Assembly: GCA_902589765.1 (NCBI GenBank)
Contig: CACIUF010000002.1
Coordinates: forward strand, 47,984 to 111,983
DNA: 64,000 nt
Source of the DNA: an uncultured Pelagibacteraceae bacterium
GTDB taxonomy: Bacteria > Pseudomonadota > Alphaproteobacteria > Pelagibacterales > Pelagibacteraceae
Direction of reading: 5' to 3'
Both the position numbers and the translations under genes were made by a program. Below the pieces are notes generated by a model, which did no database searches, was not told the origin of the DNA, and was given only the letters and a program-made list of their open reading frames with translations. This document shows positions 41,214-52,355 of this stretch, one piece after another (the first letter of the stretch is position 1; every line of letters begins with the position of its first letter).

Positions 41214-41999
41214 TTATAAAATCCAATCTTTTAGTTTTTTTAGATTATTTCTAATATAATCTGGATAATTATCATCAATTTCAATTTTTTCATAATATTG
41301 ATCTCTTTTAAAAATATCTTCATGATTTTCAATTTTTTTTTGAATATTCTCTAGATTTGTAAATTCATCAATATTAAATTCTGCATGAGCATATGATTTT
41401 ATTTTATTTTGAATTTCATCTGGCTTCATTAAAAAAGAAAAATGCCAACCACCTTTATCAATAATATTCCACTTTATTCTAAAAAATTTTAGTAATGAAA
41501 ATTTTTTTATTTTTTGTTGTCTTAACCATTGGGGGCTCTTGAGATATTTTTTTTTACATATCCTTGTACCATACCAATCAGGAAATGTTTTATTTATCAA
41601 ATTGAACTTATAACTTAAATTTTTCTGTTTAAAAACTGTATACTTATACTTAAGTATTTCTTTGTGATTTTCTAAATTAGGTATCTCATCGACATCTGAA
41701 ATCATTACAAAATCATCATCTGACAAATCCTTTAATGCTCTTAAAATGTAGTTTCTTTGATACTTCTCTCTTTCCCAATTAGATATATTACTTGGAAATT
41801 GATCAATGAGTAAATGAACAATTTTTTTTTTATAATTTTGAAAGTTATCAATGTTAAAGCAATTTTTTTTTAAGTTTCCCTGGTGATCATACTTTGACTC
41901 AACTAAAATAAATTTTTCTACATACTTATCTAAATAATTTAATCTTAAATCTAATATAATTTTTTCATTATTATACATGAAACAATCATAAATTTTCAT
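41214..41999 (-). CDS. Glycosyltransferase family 17 (MGAT3-like)
   Basis: IYDCF...NE, LRL..L...V..F.LVES...[20 protein letters not shown]. Confidence 0.82.
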   Translation of the reverse strand: MKIYDCFMYNNEKIILDLRLNYLDKYVEKFILVESKYDHQGNLKKNCFNIDNFQNYKKKIVHLLIDQFPSNISNWEREKYQRNYILRALKDLSDDDFVMISDVDEIPNLENHKEILKYKYTVFKQKNLSYKFNLINKTFPDWYGTRICKKKYLKSPQWLRQQKIKKFSLLKFFRIKWNIIDKGGWHFSFLMKPDEIQNKIKSYAHAEFNIDEFTNLENIQKKIENHEDIFKRDQYYEKIEIDDNYPDYIRNNLKKLKDWIL

Positions 42000-43804
42000 T
42001 TTGAACCTTTAATTTTTAAAACGCCAATAAATGCCTCTTGTGGAATTTCAACTCTTCCAAATTGCTTAGATCTTGCTTTACCTTTTTTTTGTTTTTCTAG
42101 GAGTTTTCTTTTTCTGTCAGTTGCACCACCACCATGTATTTTTGTTAAGACATCTTTTTTAAAACCCTTTATTGTCTCTCGAGCTATAATTTTACCACCT
42201 ATTGCGGCTTGAACTGGGATCATAAAATTATGTCTAGGTATCAAATCTTTTAATTTTTCGCAAACTTCTCTTCCAGTTTTTTGAGCAAAATCTTTATGAA
42301 TCATCATGGCAAGTGCATCAACTGGTTCACTATTTACTAAAATGCCAAGCTTTACTAAATCTCCCTCTCTATGCTCTAAAATTTCATAATCAAAACTTGC
42401 ATAACCACTTGTCATAGATTTAATTCTGTCATTAAAATCAAAAACTACTTCGTTTAATGGTAATTCATAATTCAATACAGCTCTATTACCTGAATATGAA
42501 AGATTAGTTTGAATTCCTCTTTTATCCTGACATAATTTTATTATTGAACCCAGGAATTCATCTGGAGTTATTATGGTAGCTTTAATCCAAGGCTCCTCAA
42601 TTGATTTAATAATTGTTGGATCAGGAAGAGTTGATGGATTTTGTAAGTCTATAATTTTACCATTATTTAAGTTAACTTTATAAACTACTCCAGGTGTAGT
42701 TGTTAATAAGTTAACATCAAACTCTCTTTCTAATCTTTCTGTGATGATTTCGAGATGTAAAAGACCTAAAAATCCGCATCTAAATCCTAATCCTAGAGCT
42801 GATGATGACTCTGCTTCATATGAAAAACTTGCATCATTTAATTGTAATTTGGCTAGCCCATCTTTTAATTTTTGATACTCAGAACTATCGACAGGAAACA
42901 ACCCGCAAAAAACTACAGGTTTACTTGGTTTAAAACCAGGCAATGCATTAACAGGTGGTTTTGATGCATCACAGATAGTGTCTCCAACTTTTGTTTCTGA
43001 AAGAACTTTAATTCCTGTAGTTATAAAACCTATTTCTCCAGTATTTAATTCATTAATATCTTTTGCTTTTGGTGTAAAAACCCCAACTTTTTCAACTATA
43101 TAATCTTGATTAGTAGAGAGCATTTTAATTTTCATATTTTTTGTAAGTTTACCATTAATTACTCTAACCAAAATCACGACACCTAAGTAAGTGTCATACC
43201 AACTATCAACTAATAAACATTTTAAATCTTTATCAGTATCACCTTTTGGGCTCGGTAATTGATTGATAATTTGCTCCAATATATTATTTATACCTTCCCC
43301 TGTTTTTCCTGAACAAGGAATTGCATTTTCAGTATCAATTCCAATAACATCTTCGATTTGTTTTTTTGTTCTATCTAGATCAGAAGCGGGTAAATCTATT
43401 TTGTTTAAAACTGGAATAATTTCATGATTAATATCTAGAGCTTGATAGACATTAGCCAGTGTTTGAGCTTCGACACCCTGGGTACTATCTACAATTAATA
43501 TTGATCCTTCACAGGCATACAAAGATCTACTTACCTCATAACTAAAATCTACATGACCAGGGGTGTCTATAATATTTAAAATATAATTTTTTCCGTTTTT
43601 AGCTTTATAATTCAACTTTACAGTCTGTGCTTTTATTGTGATACCTCTTTCTCTTTCTATATCCATAGAGTCAAGAACTTGTGATTTCATTTCTCTCTCT
43701 GTTAAACCACCACATTGATGGATTATTCTATCAGCTATTGTAGATTTCCCATGATCAATATGAGCAATGATTGCAAAATTTCTTATATTATTGATTGTGC
43801 TCAT
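41996..43804 (-). CDS. lepA: Elongation factor 4
   Basis: [46 protein letters not shown]. Confidence 0.98.
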   Translation of the reverse strand: MSTINNIRNFAIIAHIDHGKSTIADRIIHQCGGLTEREMKSQVLDSMDIERERGITIKAQTVKLNYKAKNGKNYILNIIDTPGHVDFSYEVSRSLYACEGSILIVDSTQGVEAQTLANVYQALDINHEIIPVLNKIDLPASDLDRTKKQIEDVIGIDTENAIPCSGKTGEGINNILEQIINQLPSPKGDTDKDLKCLLVDSWYDTYLGVVILVRVINGKLTKNMKIKMLSTNQDYIVEKVGVFTPKAKDINELNTGEIGFITTGIKVLSETKVGDTICDASKPPVNALPGFKPSKPVVFCGLFPVDSSEYQKLKDGLAKLQLNDASFSYEAESSSALGLGFRCGFLGLLHLEIITERLEREFDVNLLTTTPGVVYKVNLNNGKIIDLQNPSTLPDPTIIKSIEEPWIKATIITPDEFLGSIIKLCQDKRGIQTNLSYSGNRAVLNYELPLNEVVFDFNDRIKSMTSGYASFDYEILEHREGDLVKLGILVNSEPVDALAMMIHKDFAQKTGREVCEKLKDLIPRHNFMIPVQAAIGGKIIARETIKGFKKDVLTKIHGGGATDRKRKLLEKQKKGKARSKQFGRVEIPQEAFIGVLKIKGSK

Positions 43805-43811
43805 TTTAATT

Positions 43812-46217
43812 TTAAGATCGAATTTTAGCGCCAGTTTTATTTTCTACTGCTTCTATGATTGAATTATTAATTTTCTCTAAATCCTTATCGTTTAAAGTTT
43901 TTTCTGATGACTGAATCGTTATGCTGATAGCTATAGACTTTTGATTATCTGGGATATTTTCACCTTCATAAACATCAAAAACTTTTATATTGCTAATGAG
44001 ATTTGGATTCACATTAGAAATTACACCTATTAACTCTTGCGCTTCTACATCTTTATTAACTACAAATGCAAAATCTCGCTCTGATTTTTGAAAATCCGAT
44101 ACAGAAAACTTTAATTTTTGATCTTTTAATGTTTTTCTTGAAAGTTTTAAATTTTCTAAAAAGATTTCAAAACCTATTAAATTTTCAGTTTTAATATCAA
44201 TTTTTTTTAGAATATTAGGATGAATTTCACCAAAATAAGCTGCAACTTTATCTTTACTATGATCTAAGAAAATTCTACCGGACTTTCCTGGATGATAATA
44301 ATTTGGTGTTTTGCTATCAATAAAAAAATGATCAGAATTATAACCTACTTCACTCAAAGTTTGTACTACATCTCTTTTTGCATCAAATAAATCGATATTT
44401 CTCTCTTTATCGATCCAAGAAAGTCTTGATTTTTTACCGGCTGACAAACCACAAACTACTGTCTTTTGCTCACCTGGATTTGAACCAGTAAAGACAGGAC
44501 CTATCTCAAATATAGATAAATCTTTAAAGCCTCTATCCAAATTTTTACACATATACATGATTAAATTTGAAAATATGGAATTTCTTAAAACTCCCAATTC
44601 AGAACTTATAGGGTTTACAATTTTTATTTCTTTACCAGCTTCTCTAAAGTGATCGTTATAACTTTGATCTGTAAATGACCATGTTATTGTCTCTAAATAA
44701 CCCTTCGAAGCAATTGCTCTTTGTAAGAAATGAAATAATCTTTGAGTTTGAGTTAAAGTGGATTTAAATCTATCCTTAATTGGGTCAATTGTTTTTATTT
44801 TATCATAACCACTTATTCTCACCAACTCTTCAATAATGTCTATTTGCTGTGAAATATCTGGTCGCCAGGAAGGAACTATCAACTTTAAAGAATTTTTTTC
44901 TTTTTTAATGATAAAACCAAGATCAGTCAAAATTCTTTGGATTTCCTTTTCAGAAATTTTAAATCCAACTATATTTTCAAAAGAATTTACATCAAAGTTT
45001 ATAATTTTGGTTTTATAAGATTCAGTTTTTTGAATGTCGATTTTACTAACTTCACCACCACAAATTTCTTGAATTAGCGATGCCGCTTTCTTTAAACCAG
45101 TTTCGATGGATAATGGATCAATTCCTCTTTCAAATCTAAATTTTGCATCTGTATCTAAGTTCAATTTTTTTGCCGTATTTCTAATTGATCTTGGATCAAA
45201 ATAAGCAGACTCTAATAATATATTTTTTGTATCAAATTCTGTGCCTGATCTAGTGCCCCCAATAATTCCACCTAATCCTAAAACTCCTTTGTTGTCACTA
45301 ATGACACACATACCTTTTTCTAACTTATAAATTTTATTGTCCAGTGCTGTAAATTCTTCTCCAGATTTTGAGTTTCTTACGATTATCCCTTTTTCAATTT
45401 TGTCAGCATCATAGGCGTGCAATGGTCGATTAATATCTAGCATTACATAATTTGTTATATCAACAATAGCTGAAATAGGTTTTTGACCAACTGAAATTAA
45501 TTTATCTTTGAGCCATTGAGGACTCTCAGTATTTTTTACATTTTTAATTACACAACTTCCAAAAGCACTACACCCTTGTCCTTTCTCCTTATTAATCTTA
45601 ACTTTTATAGTTTGTTTTGTTTTAAATTTAATTTTTTTTTCTTTAGATACTATTAACCTTCCAAAACCTGAAGCGGCAAGATCTCTAGCTATCCCCTTTA
45701 CACCAAGGCAATCTGGTCGATTAGGTGTGATAGATAAATCAATAAGATTAGATTTTGATTTTGAAAAATAACTTTTACCAATATTTTTTTCATATTTTTT
45801 AGATAATTCGGTAATACCATCACTCTCATCAGATAAATTTAACTCAGACTCAGAGCAAAGCATTCCGAAAGAAGTTACGCCTCTAATTTTAGCTATTTCT
45901 AATTTTGTGTTAGTCTTTGGGATAATTGCACCTGGAGGTGCATATATAGTAATAAGTCCTTCGTTCGCATTGGTGGCACCACACACAACTTTTTTAAGCT
46001 CTTTCTCACCGATGTTTACATCACAAACTTTAAGTCGGTCTGCGTTTGGGTGTTTTTCTGTCTTGATAATTTTTGCAACTTTAAATAATTGATCATCAGA
46101 TGAAAGGCTTTCCACACTTTCTACTTCTAGTCCAATATTGGTAAGTTGTTCTAAAAGATTTTTTTCTTTCAAATTAGTTTTTAAATGATCTTTTAACCAA
46201 TCAAATGTGATTTTCAT
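43812..46217 (-). CDS. pheT: Phenylalanine--tRNA ligase beta subunit
   Basis: [37 protein letters not shown]. Confidence 0.97.
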   Translation of the reverse strand: MKITFDWLKDHLKTNLKEKNLLEQLTNIGLEVESVESLSSDDQLFKVAKIIKTEKHPNADRLKVCDVNIGEKELKKVVCGATNANEGLITIYAPPGAIIPKTNTKLEIAKIRGVTSFGMLCSESELNLSDESDGITELSKKYEKNIGKSYFSKSKSNLIDLSITPNRPDCLGVKGIARDLAASGFGRLIVSKEKKIKFKTKQTIKVKINKEKGQGCSAFGSCVIKNVKNTESPQWLKDKLISVGQKPISAIVDITNYVMLDINRPLHAYDADKIEKGIIVRNSKSGEEFTALDNKIYKLEKGMCVISDNKGVLGLGGIIGGTRSGTEFDTKNILLESAYFDPRSIRNTAKKLNLDTDAKFRFERGIDPLSIETGLKKAASLIQEICGGEVSKIDIQKTESYKTKIINFDVNSFENIVGFKISEKEIQRILTDLGFIIKKEKNSLKLIVPSWRPDISQQIDIIEELVRISGYDKIKTIDPIKDRFKSTLTQTQRLFHFLQRAIASKGYLETITWSFTDQSYNDHFREAGKEIKIVNPISSELGVLRNSIFSNLIMYMCKNLDRGFKDLSIFEIGPVFTGSNPGEQKTVVCGLSAGKKSRLSWIDKERNIDLFDAKRDVVQTLSEVGYNSDHFFIDSKTPNYYHPGKSGRIFLDHSKDKVAAYFGEIHPNILKKIDIKTENLIGFEIFLENLKLSRKTLKDQKLKFSVSDFQKSERDFAFVVNKDVEAQELIGVISNVNPNLISNIKVFDVYEGENIPDNQKSIAISITIQSSEKTLNDKDLEKINNSIIEAVENKTGAKIRS

Positions 46218-47281
46218 CTACTTAGGCCTCTATAGTTTGTGGGTACGTCTAAAGGATCAAATCCAAAATGATTTAACCATCTATAATCACAATCAAAAAA
46301 CGCTCTAAGATCATTAATTCCATATTTTAACATCGCCAATCTATCAATTCCAATTCCAAACGCATAACCTTGAAACTTAGTTGGATCGACCTTTACATTT
46401 TTTAAAACATTTGGATGAACCATTCCACAACCTAGTATTTCTAGCCACTGATCACCTTCCCCTATAATAATTTTTCCATCTTTGATTTCGTATCCAATAT
46501 CTACTTCAGCTGATGGTTCTGTGAAAGGAAAATGACTTGGCCTAAATCTCATCTTTATTTTTTTAACTTCAAAAAATTCTTTGATAAAATAATTCAAACA
46601 ACCTTTTAAATGACCCATATTTATATTTTTGTCTATATGAAGACCTTCAACTTGGTGAAACATTGGTGAATGTGTTTGATCACTATCCGATCTGTATGTT
46701 CTGCCAGGTGCAATTATTTTAAAAGGTGGTTTGTCTTTTAACATTGTTCTAATTTGAACTGGGGACGTGTGAGTGCGCAGCAATCTTTCTTTTTTTTCAT
46801 CAAGATAAAATGTATCATGCATATCTCTTGCTGGATGATTGTCTGGAGTATTTAAAGCAGTAAAATTGTTATATTCATTTTCAACATCTGGTCCTTCCTC
46901 TACACTAAAGCCTATTTCAGAAAATATAGAAGATATTTCATCAATTGTTTGTGATACAGGATGGATTTTACCCCTTACAAATGATCGCTCTGGTAAAGTA
47001 ACATCAATTTTTTCTTTTTCCAATTTTTCATTAATATTTGCTTTTTCTATTTCTTTTATTTTTAAATTTATAAGATCATGAAATTCATCCTTAATTATGT
47101 TCAAATCAGATGCAAATTTTTTTCTTTTTGAGATATCAATAGTACCTATTTTTTTAAATTGAGAGGAGACCAACCCATTTTTACCAAATAGATCAGATTT
47201 AATTTGATTAAGTTCTGCTAGATCTAATTTACCTTTTAATTTTGATATAAATTCGTCTCTTATTTTTTTTAGATCAGACAT
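46214..47281 (-). CDS. pheS: Phenylalanine--tRNA ligase alpha subunit
   Basis: [42 protein letters not shown]. Confidence 0.98.
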   Translation of the reverse strand: MSDLKKIRDEFISKLKGKLDLAELNQIKSDLFGKNGLVSSQFKKIGTIDISKRKKFASDLNIIKDEFHDLINLKIKEIEKANINEKLEKEKIDVTLPERSFVRGKIHPVSQTIDEISSIFSEIGFSVEEGPDVENEYNNFTALNTPDNHPARDMHDTFYLDEKKERLLRTHTSPVQIRTMLKDKPPFKIIAPGRTYRSDSDQTHSPMFHQVEGLHIDKNINMGHLKGCLNYFIKEFFEVKKIKMRFRPSHFPFTEPSAEVDIGYEIKDGKIIIGEGDQWLEILGCGMVHPNVLKNVKVDPTKFQGYAFGIGIDRLAMLKYGINDLRAFFDCDYRWLNHFGFDPLDVPTNYRGLSR

Positions 47282-47324
47282 TTTTACAGATTATTTCTTC
47301 AGCGAAATAAAACAATAGTGAAGA

Positions 47325-47681
47325 TTAATTTAAACCAGATTGTGCTTTTTGGACAATAGTTTTAAAGGCTTCTGGGCTATCATAGGCTATCTCAGCTAAA
47401 ATTTTTCTATCAATTTTAATTCCACATTTATTTAAACCATAAATAAACTTGGAATATGTCAAACCTTCAGCTCTTACCCCCGCATTGATTCTTTGTATCC
47501 ACAATGATTTGAAATCTCTTTTCTTGTTTCTTCTATCTCTGTATGCATATTGCATAGCTTTTTCCATAGCTTGCTTTGCAACTCTAATAGTATTTTTTCT
47601 TCTTCCCCACTGACCTTTTACAGCTTTTAAAACTTTTTTGTGTTTAGCTCTACTTGTTACACCTCTTTTAACTCTTGCCAT
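47325..47681 (-). CDS. rplT: 50S ribosomal protein L20
   Basis: [26 protein letters not shown]. Confidence 0.98.
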   Translation of the reverse strand: MARVKRGVTSRAKHKKVLKAVKGQWGRRKNTIRVAKQAMEKAMQYAYRDRRNKKRDFKSLWIQRINAGVRAEGLTYSKFIYGLNKCGIKIDRKILAEIAYDSPEAFKTIVQKAQSGLN

Positions 47682-47682
47682 T

Positions 47683-47889
47683 TTAACCCCTTAAGCTGTA
47701 AGGCATATACGATTTAACAATTTTACCATCTTGTTTTGACATCGCAGTAGTACCCCTAAGTTTTCTTATTTGAGAATTAGTTCTTTTTATCATACCGTGC
47801 CTCTTTCCAGCTTGGGCCATCATAACTTTCCCTCTAGCTGAAATTTTAAATCTTTTTTTTGCTGAGCTTTTTGTTTTTAATTTTGGCAT
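47683..47889 (-). CDS. rpmI: 50S ribosomal protein L35
   Basis: [22 protein letters not shown]. Confidence 0.97.
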   Translation of the reverse strand: MPKLKTKSSAKKRFKISARGKVMMAQAGKRHGMIKRTNSQIRKLRGTTAMSKQDGKIVKSYMPYSLRG

Positions 47890-47942
47890 AATTGGACGAG
47901 GTTATACAAAGAATGTAGAAAATTTACAACCTATATTAAAGC

Positions 47943-48488
47943 CTATAAAGGTTGAATTACCATAATCATTTGCTTCCCATCAAACTTGGGGTGTAGTTCG
48001 ACTTTACCAATATCTTTCATATCCTCTTTAATTTTGGCCATCAATTCGTTTCCTAAATGAGAGTGTTGAAGTTCACGTCCTTTAAACCTAATGGTGAACT
48101 TTACCTTATCACCCTTGGCAATAAATTTTTTAGCATTTTTTACTTTAAACTCATAATCATGCGTTTCAGTTACTGGTCTCATTTTAATTTCTTTTAAAGC
48201 AATTATTTTTTGTTTCTTTTTTGCAAGGTTTGCTTTTTTTTGCGCATCATATTTATATTTACCCATGTCCATAATTTTACAAACTGGGGGATTGGCATTT
48301 GGGGCAATTTCGATTAAATCCAAACCTTGATTTTTTGCCATTGAGATTGCCTCATTAGTATTTAAAACACCCAAGTTTTCTCCATCACTTGCAATAACTT
48401 GAACCTCGGGTGAGGAAATTCTGTTATTTGATCGAGGTCCACGATCCTTGGTTCTTCTTTGAAAATAGTTTTGCTTAAAATCCGCCAC
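47943..48488 (-). CDS. infC: Translation initiation factor IF-3
   Basis: LDL.EI.PNA.PPVCKIMD.GK, KEIK.RP, GDKVK...RF.GRE; exact start uncertain. Confidence 0.96.
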   Translation of the reverse strand: MADFKQNYFQRRTKDRGPRSNNRISSPEVQVIASDGENLGVLNTNEAISMAKNQGLDLIEIAPNANPPVCKIMDMGKYKYDAQKKANLAKKKQKIIALKEIKMRPVTETHDYEFKVKNAKKFIAKGDKVKFTIRFKGRELQHSHLGNELMAKIKEDMKDIGKVELHPKFDGKQMIMVIQPL

Positions 48489-50411
48489 TTAGATATTTGA
48501 AGGTGCTTTGTTTAAAGCAGAAAATTTTTTTAGAAAAGAGTTTAGTTCCATATTTTCTTGTTTATTTGAATCCAATCTTCTAATAGTTACTGAGTTACTG
48601 TCAACTTCTTTTTTACCACAAATTATTAAAAGAGGTATTTTTGCTAATGAATGATCTCTTATTTTATAATTTAAATTATGATTTTTTAAATCAACCATTG
48701 ATGTAATACCAACTTCTCTTATCTTATTTGAAACTTTTTTTGCGTATTCTTCGAAGTCTTCGGAAATAGGTATAACAACTGTTTGTAACGGAGATATCCA
48801 AAATGGAAATTTTCCAGCATAGTTTTCAATCAGAATACCTATAAATCTCTCAAGTGATCCGAATAATGCACGATGTAACATAACAGGAACTTTCTTAGTG
48901 CCATCTTTGTCTACATATGATGCATCTAATCTACCTGGTAAATTTAAATCAACTTGGACTGTTCCACATTGCCAATCTCTTCCTATTGCATCCCTTAAAA
49001 CAAATTCTATTTTTGGACCGTAAAATGCTCCCTCACCTTTATTTATACTATACTCAAGCTTAGAGGCTTTGACTGCCTTTAACAAAGATGCTTCAGCCTT
49101 GTCCCAAATCTCATCCTCACCAACTCTTACCTCTGGCCTATCAGCATATTTTAGAATTACATTTTCGAAACCTAGATCTTTATAAATTTCTAATATCAAA
49201 TTTGTAACATTTAAACATTCACTAGTGATTTGATCTTCGGAGCAAAAAATATGAGCATCATCTTGAGTGAATGCTCTTACTCTTAATAACCCATGTAAAG
49301 CACCAGATGGTTCATATCTATGAACTTTTCCAAACTCAGTAATTCTTAGGGGTAAATCTCGATAACTTTTAAGACCTTGATTAAAAACTTGTATGTGTCC
49401 AGGGCAATTCATTGGTTTAATTGCAAAAACTTTTTCATCAGGAGTTTCTGAGGTATACATGTTTTCCCCATATTTTTCCCAATGACCTGATTTTTCCCAC
49501 AATAATCTGTCTAATACCTCTGGTGTGTTAACCTCTTTGTATCCGGCTAGGTCCTGTTTGGCTCTCATGTAATTAATTAATTTTTGAAATAACGTCCAAC
49601 CTTTCTCGTGCCAAAAAACAGATCCTGGACTTTCTTCTCTAAAATGAAACAAATCCATTTCTTTGCCCAATTTACGATGATCTCTTTTTTCTGCCTCTTC
49701 AATTCTTTTTAAATAATCGTCTAAATCTTTCTTAGAGGCCCAACTTGTTCCGTAGATCCTTTGAAGCATTTCATTTTTTGAGTCACCTCGCCAATATGCA
49801 CCTGAAACTTTTGTAAGTTTAAAAGCTTTGCCAATTTTACTAGACGATACTAAATGAGGTCCTCTACATAAATCATACCAAGTATCACCATGATGATAGA
49901 CTGAAAGTTCTTCAGATTCCGGAATACTTTCAATAATTTCTGCCTTATATTTTTCTCCAATTTTTTTAAAATGCTTAATTGCTTTATCTCTTTCCCATAC
50001 TTCTCGTCTTGTTTTTAAGTCTTTGTCAATTATCTTTGACATCCTTTCCTCAATTTTTTTAAGATCGTCTTCAGTAAAAGGCTCCTTTCTGGCAAAGTCA
50101 TAATAAAATCCATTTTCTATAACTGGTCCAATAGTAACTTGGGTGCCTGGATATAATTCTTGAACTGCCATAGCCATAATATGTGCAGCGTCGTGCCTAA
50201 TAACCTCTAAACCCTCTGGGTCTTTTGCTGTAAAAATTTTAACGGAACAATCTTTATCAATCGAAAAATATAAATCTTTTAATTCTCCATTCACACTCAT
50301 TATCAAGGCTTGTTTTGCTAATGATTTGCTAATTTTTTCAGCAATCTCAAGGCCTGTCACTTTTTTTGGAAAATCTAAATTGTTTCCGTCTGGTAAAGTA
50401 ATTATGGGCAT
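48489..50411 (-). CDS. thrS: Threonine--tRNA ligase
   Basis: ITLPDG, DLCRGPH, RDHRKLG, KPMNCPGH, FTQDDAH, HRA.FGS.ERF. Confidence 0.98.
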   Translation of the reverse strand: MPIITLPDGNNLDFPKKVTGLEIAEKISKSLAKQALIMSVNGELKDLYFSIDKDCSVKIFTAKDPEGLEVIRHDAAHIMAMAVQELYPGTQVTIGPVIENGFYYDFARKEPFTEDDLKKIEERMSKIIDKDLKTRREVWERDKAIKHFKKIGEKYKAEIIESIPESEELSVYHHGDTWYDLCRGPHLVSSSKIGKAFKLTKVSGAYWRGDSKNEMLQRIYGTSWASKKDLDDYLKRIEEAEKRDHRKLGKEMDLFHFREESPGSVFWHEKGWTLFQKLINYMRAKQDLAGYKEVNTPEVLDRLLWEKSGHWEKYGENMYTSETPDEKVFAIKPMNCPGHIQVFNQGLKSYRDLPLRITEFGKVHRYEPSGALHGLLRVRAFTQDDAHIFCSEDQITSECLNVTNLILEIYKDLGFENVILKYADRPEVRVGEDEIWDKAEASLLKAVKASKLEYSINKGEGAFYGPKIEFVLRDAIGRDWQCGTVQVDLNLPGRLDASYVDKDGTKKVPVMLHRALFGSLERFIGILIENYAGKFPFWISPLQTVVIPISEDFEEYAKKVSNKIREVGITSMVDLKNHNLNYKIRDHSLAKIPLLIICGKKEVDSNSVTIRRLDSNKQENMELNSFLKKFSALNKAPSNI

Positions 50412-51566
50412 TTAATTTAGTAATCTCTTATACTCTGAATAAGTAGAAAAACACATTTTTTCAACATTAAATTTTTTTATAATGTTTTTTCTTCCCTCCT
50501 TACCCATTAATTTTAAGGAAGTTTCATCCATTGTCATTGCTTGAATGATTTTTTTACTCAAGGAGCCTGCGTTACCAGATTCAAATAACAACCCAGTTTT
50601 TCCGTTTAAAATTGTCTCATTTGATCCTCCAATATTACTAGCAATGATTATTTTTTCCATAGATTGTGCCTCTACCGCAACTCTTCCAAAAGCTTCAGGT
50701 TCAATTGATGCTGAAACTATAATATCAGAAACGTTATAAGCTAAAGCCATATCCTTACAATGATCTATGAATTTTACTTGATTGGTCAGTTTATATTTTT
50801 CAGTCAATTTAATTAATTTTTCTTTGTATGAATCTCTTCCTTGGTCACTGCCTAATATTACAACATGAAATGCTTCGTATCCTAATTCAATTTTAACTAA
50901 ATTTATTGCCTCAATAAATAATTCTTGACCTTTCCATGACGTAAGTCGACCTGGCATAAGAATTATTTTTTTTTCATCAGTAATATTCCACTCATTTAAA
51001 AGTTTTTTTTCATCAGTCTCAATTTTAGTTGTTGGATCAAAATAATCTACATTTACGCCCCTAAAAATTACTAAAAATTTTTTTTTAGAATTCAAGAATT
51101 CCTGATAGTTCTCTTGAATATGTGAAAAGATAAAGTTTGATCCTGCTATTACCAAATCTGACCTTACCATTACTGAATTATAAAATTTTTTTAATCTACC
51201 TCTGAAATTATAAGTCCCATGAAATGTAGTAACAAACTTTCTTCGAGTTAATTTTGTTGCAAATAAACACGACCAAGCTGGTGCTCGACTTCTTGCATGA
51301 ACAATTGAAATGTTAAAAATCAAAATTATTATTATTAAAATAATTGAATTCATCAAAATCAATAATGGATTTTTGCTATGGACAGGAAGCCTTATTAATT
51401 TTACTTTTTTTTTATCAATAAACTTGGTTAACTCTCCACCACTTGTAACAATGTAAGATTTACAATTATTTTCAGGTAAAAAATGTGCAATATCATAGCA
51501 ACCAGTTTCTGCGCCTCCGTAACCTAATTTTGGGATTACTTGCAAAACATTTAAATTAGATGACAT
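50412..51566 (-). CDS. Glycosyltransferase family 4
   Basis: GGAE.G, HARSRAPAWS, TTFHG.Y, PGRLT.WKG, EAFGRVAVEAQ. Confidence 0.9.
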   Translation of the reverse strand: MSSNLNVLQVIPKLGYGGAETGCYDIAHFLPENNCKSYIVTSGGELTKFIDKKKVKLIRLPVHSKNPLLILMNSIILIIIILIFNISIVHARSRAPAWSCLFATKLTRRKFVTTFHGTYNFRGRLKKFYNSVMVRSDLVIAGSNFIFSHIQENYQEFLNSKKKFLVIFRGVNVDYFDPTTKIETDEKKLLNEWNITDEKKIILMPGRLTSWKGQELFIEAINLVKIELGYEAFHVVILGSDQGRDSYKEKLIKLTEKYKLTNQVKFIDHCKDMALAYNVSDIIVSASIEPEAFGRVAVEAQSMEKIIIASNIGGSNETILNGKTGLLFESGNAGSLSKKIIQAMTMDETSLKLMGKEGRKNIIKKFNVEKMCFSTYSEYKRLLN

Positions 51567-51608
51567 TTAAAATAATTATATAATAATAGACAAAACTAAT
51601 AAACTTTT

Positions 51609-52355
51609 ATGACAAATTTTAATTACTTAAAAATTTCTAGTACCAGAAAAATAAGATATTTGAAACTACATCAAAAAAATGCTGCTTACATTGTTTTTTT
51701 GCATGGTTTTATGTCAGATTTGGAAGGCAAAAAACCCCAAGCCTTTTTTAAATTTGCAAAGAAAAATAAATTGGGTTTTCTTGCTTTAGAATATTCAGGT
51801 CATGGTAAATCATCAGGAAAATTTATTAATGGTAATATTTCAAAATGGACTAGGGACACTACTTTAGTAATTAAAAAGGTTGTCAAAAAAAATGATATTA
51901 TATTTATCGGATCAAGTATGGGGGCTTGGATTTCTTTAAACCAGTTTAGTCTTATCAAAAATAAAATTAAAGGTTTTTTGGGAATAGGTTCAGCGCCAGA
52001 ATTTCTTGATAAGCTAATGTGGAATAAATTTTCTAATAAAATGAAGATTGAAATCAAAAAAACCGGGTTCATAAATTTAAAACATGGTGATTATGATTAC
52101 CCAATCACTTATCAATTGATTAAAGATGGAAGAAAAAATAGAATTTTAAATAAAAAAATAAATCAAAATGTAAATGTAACAATGGTTCACGGGAGTAAAG
52201 ATAAATCTGTACCTGTAATTTACTCAAAAAAAGTTTTGAAAATATTTCAATCTAAGAACAAGAAATTAGTAGTTATAAAAAATGGTGATCATAGTTTGTC
52301 TTCACCAAAATGGCTCAAAATATTAAAAAAAGAGTTAAAATTAATAATTAACTAA
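51609..52355 (+). CDS. Alpha/beta hydrolase
   Basis: HGF.SD..G.K, YSGHG.S, nucleophile elbow GSSMG, HG..D..VP, GDH. Confidence 0.88.
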   Translation: MTNFNYLKISSTRKIRYLKLHQKNAAYIVFLHGFMSDLEGKKPQAFFKFAKKNKLGFLALEYSGHGKSSGKFINGNISKWTRDTTLVIKKVVKKNDIIFIGSSMGAWISLNQFSLIKNKIKGFLGIGSAPEFLDKLMWNKFSNKMKIEIKKTGFINLKHGDYDYPITYQLIKDGRKNRILNKKINQNVNVTMVHGSKDKSVPVIYSKKVLKIFQSKNKKLVVIKNGDHSLSSPKWLKILKKELKLIIN

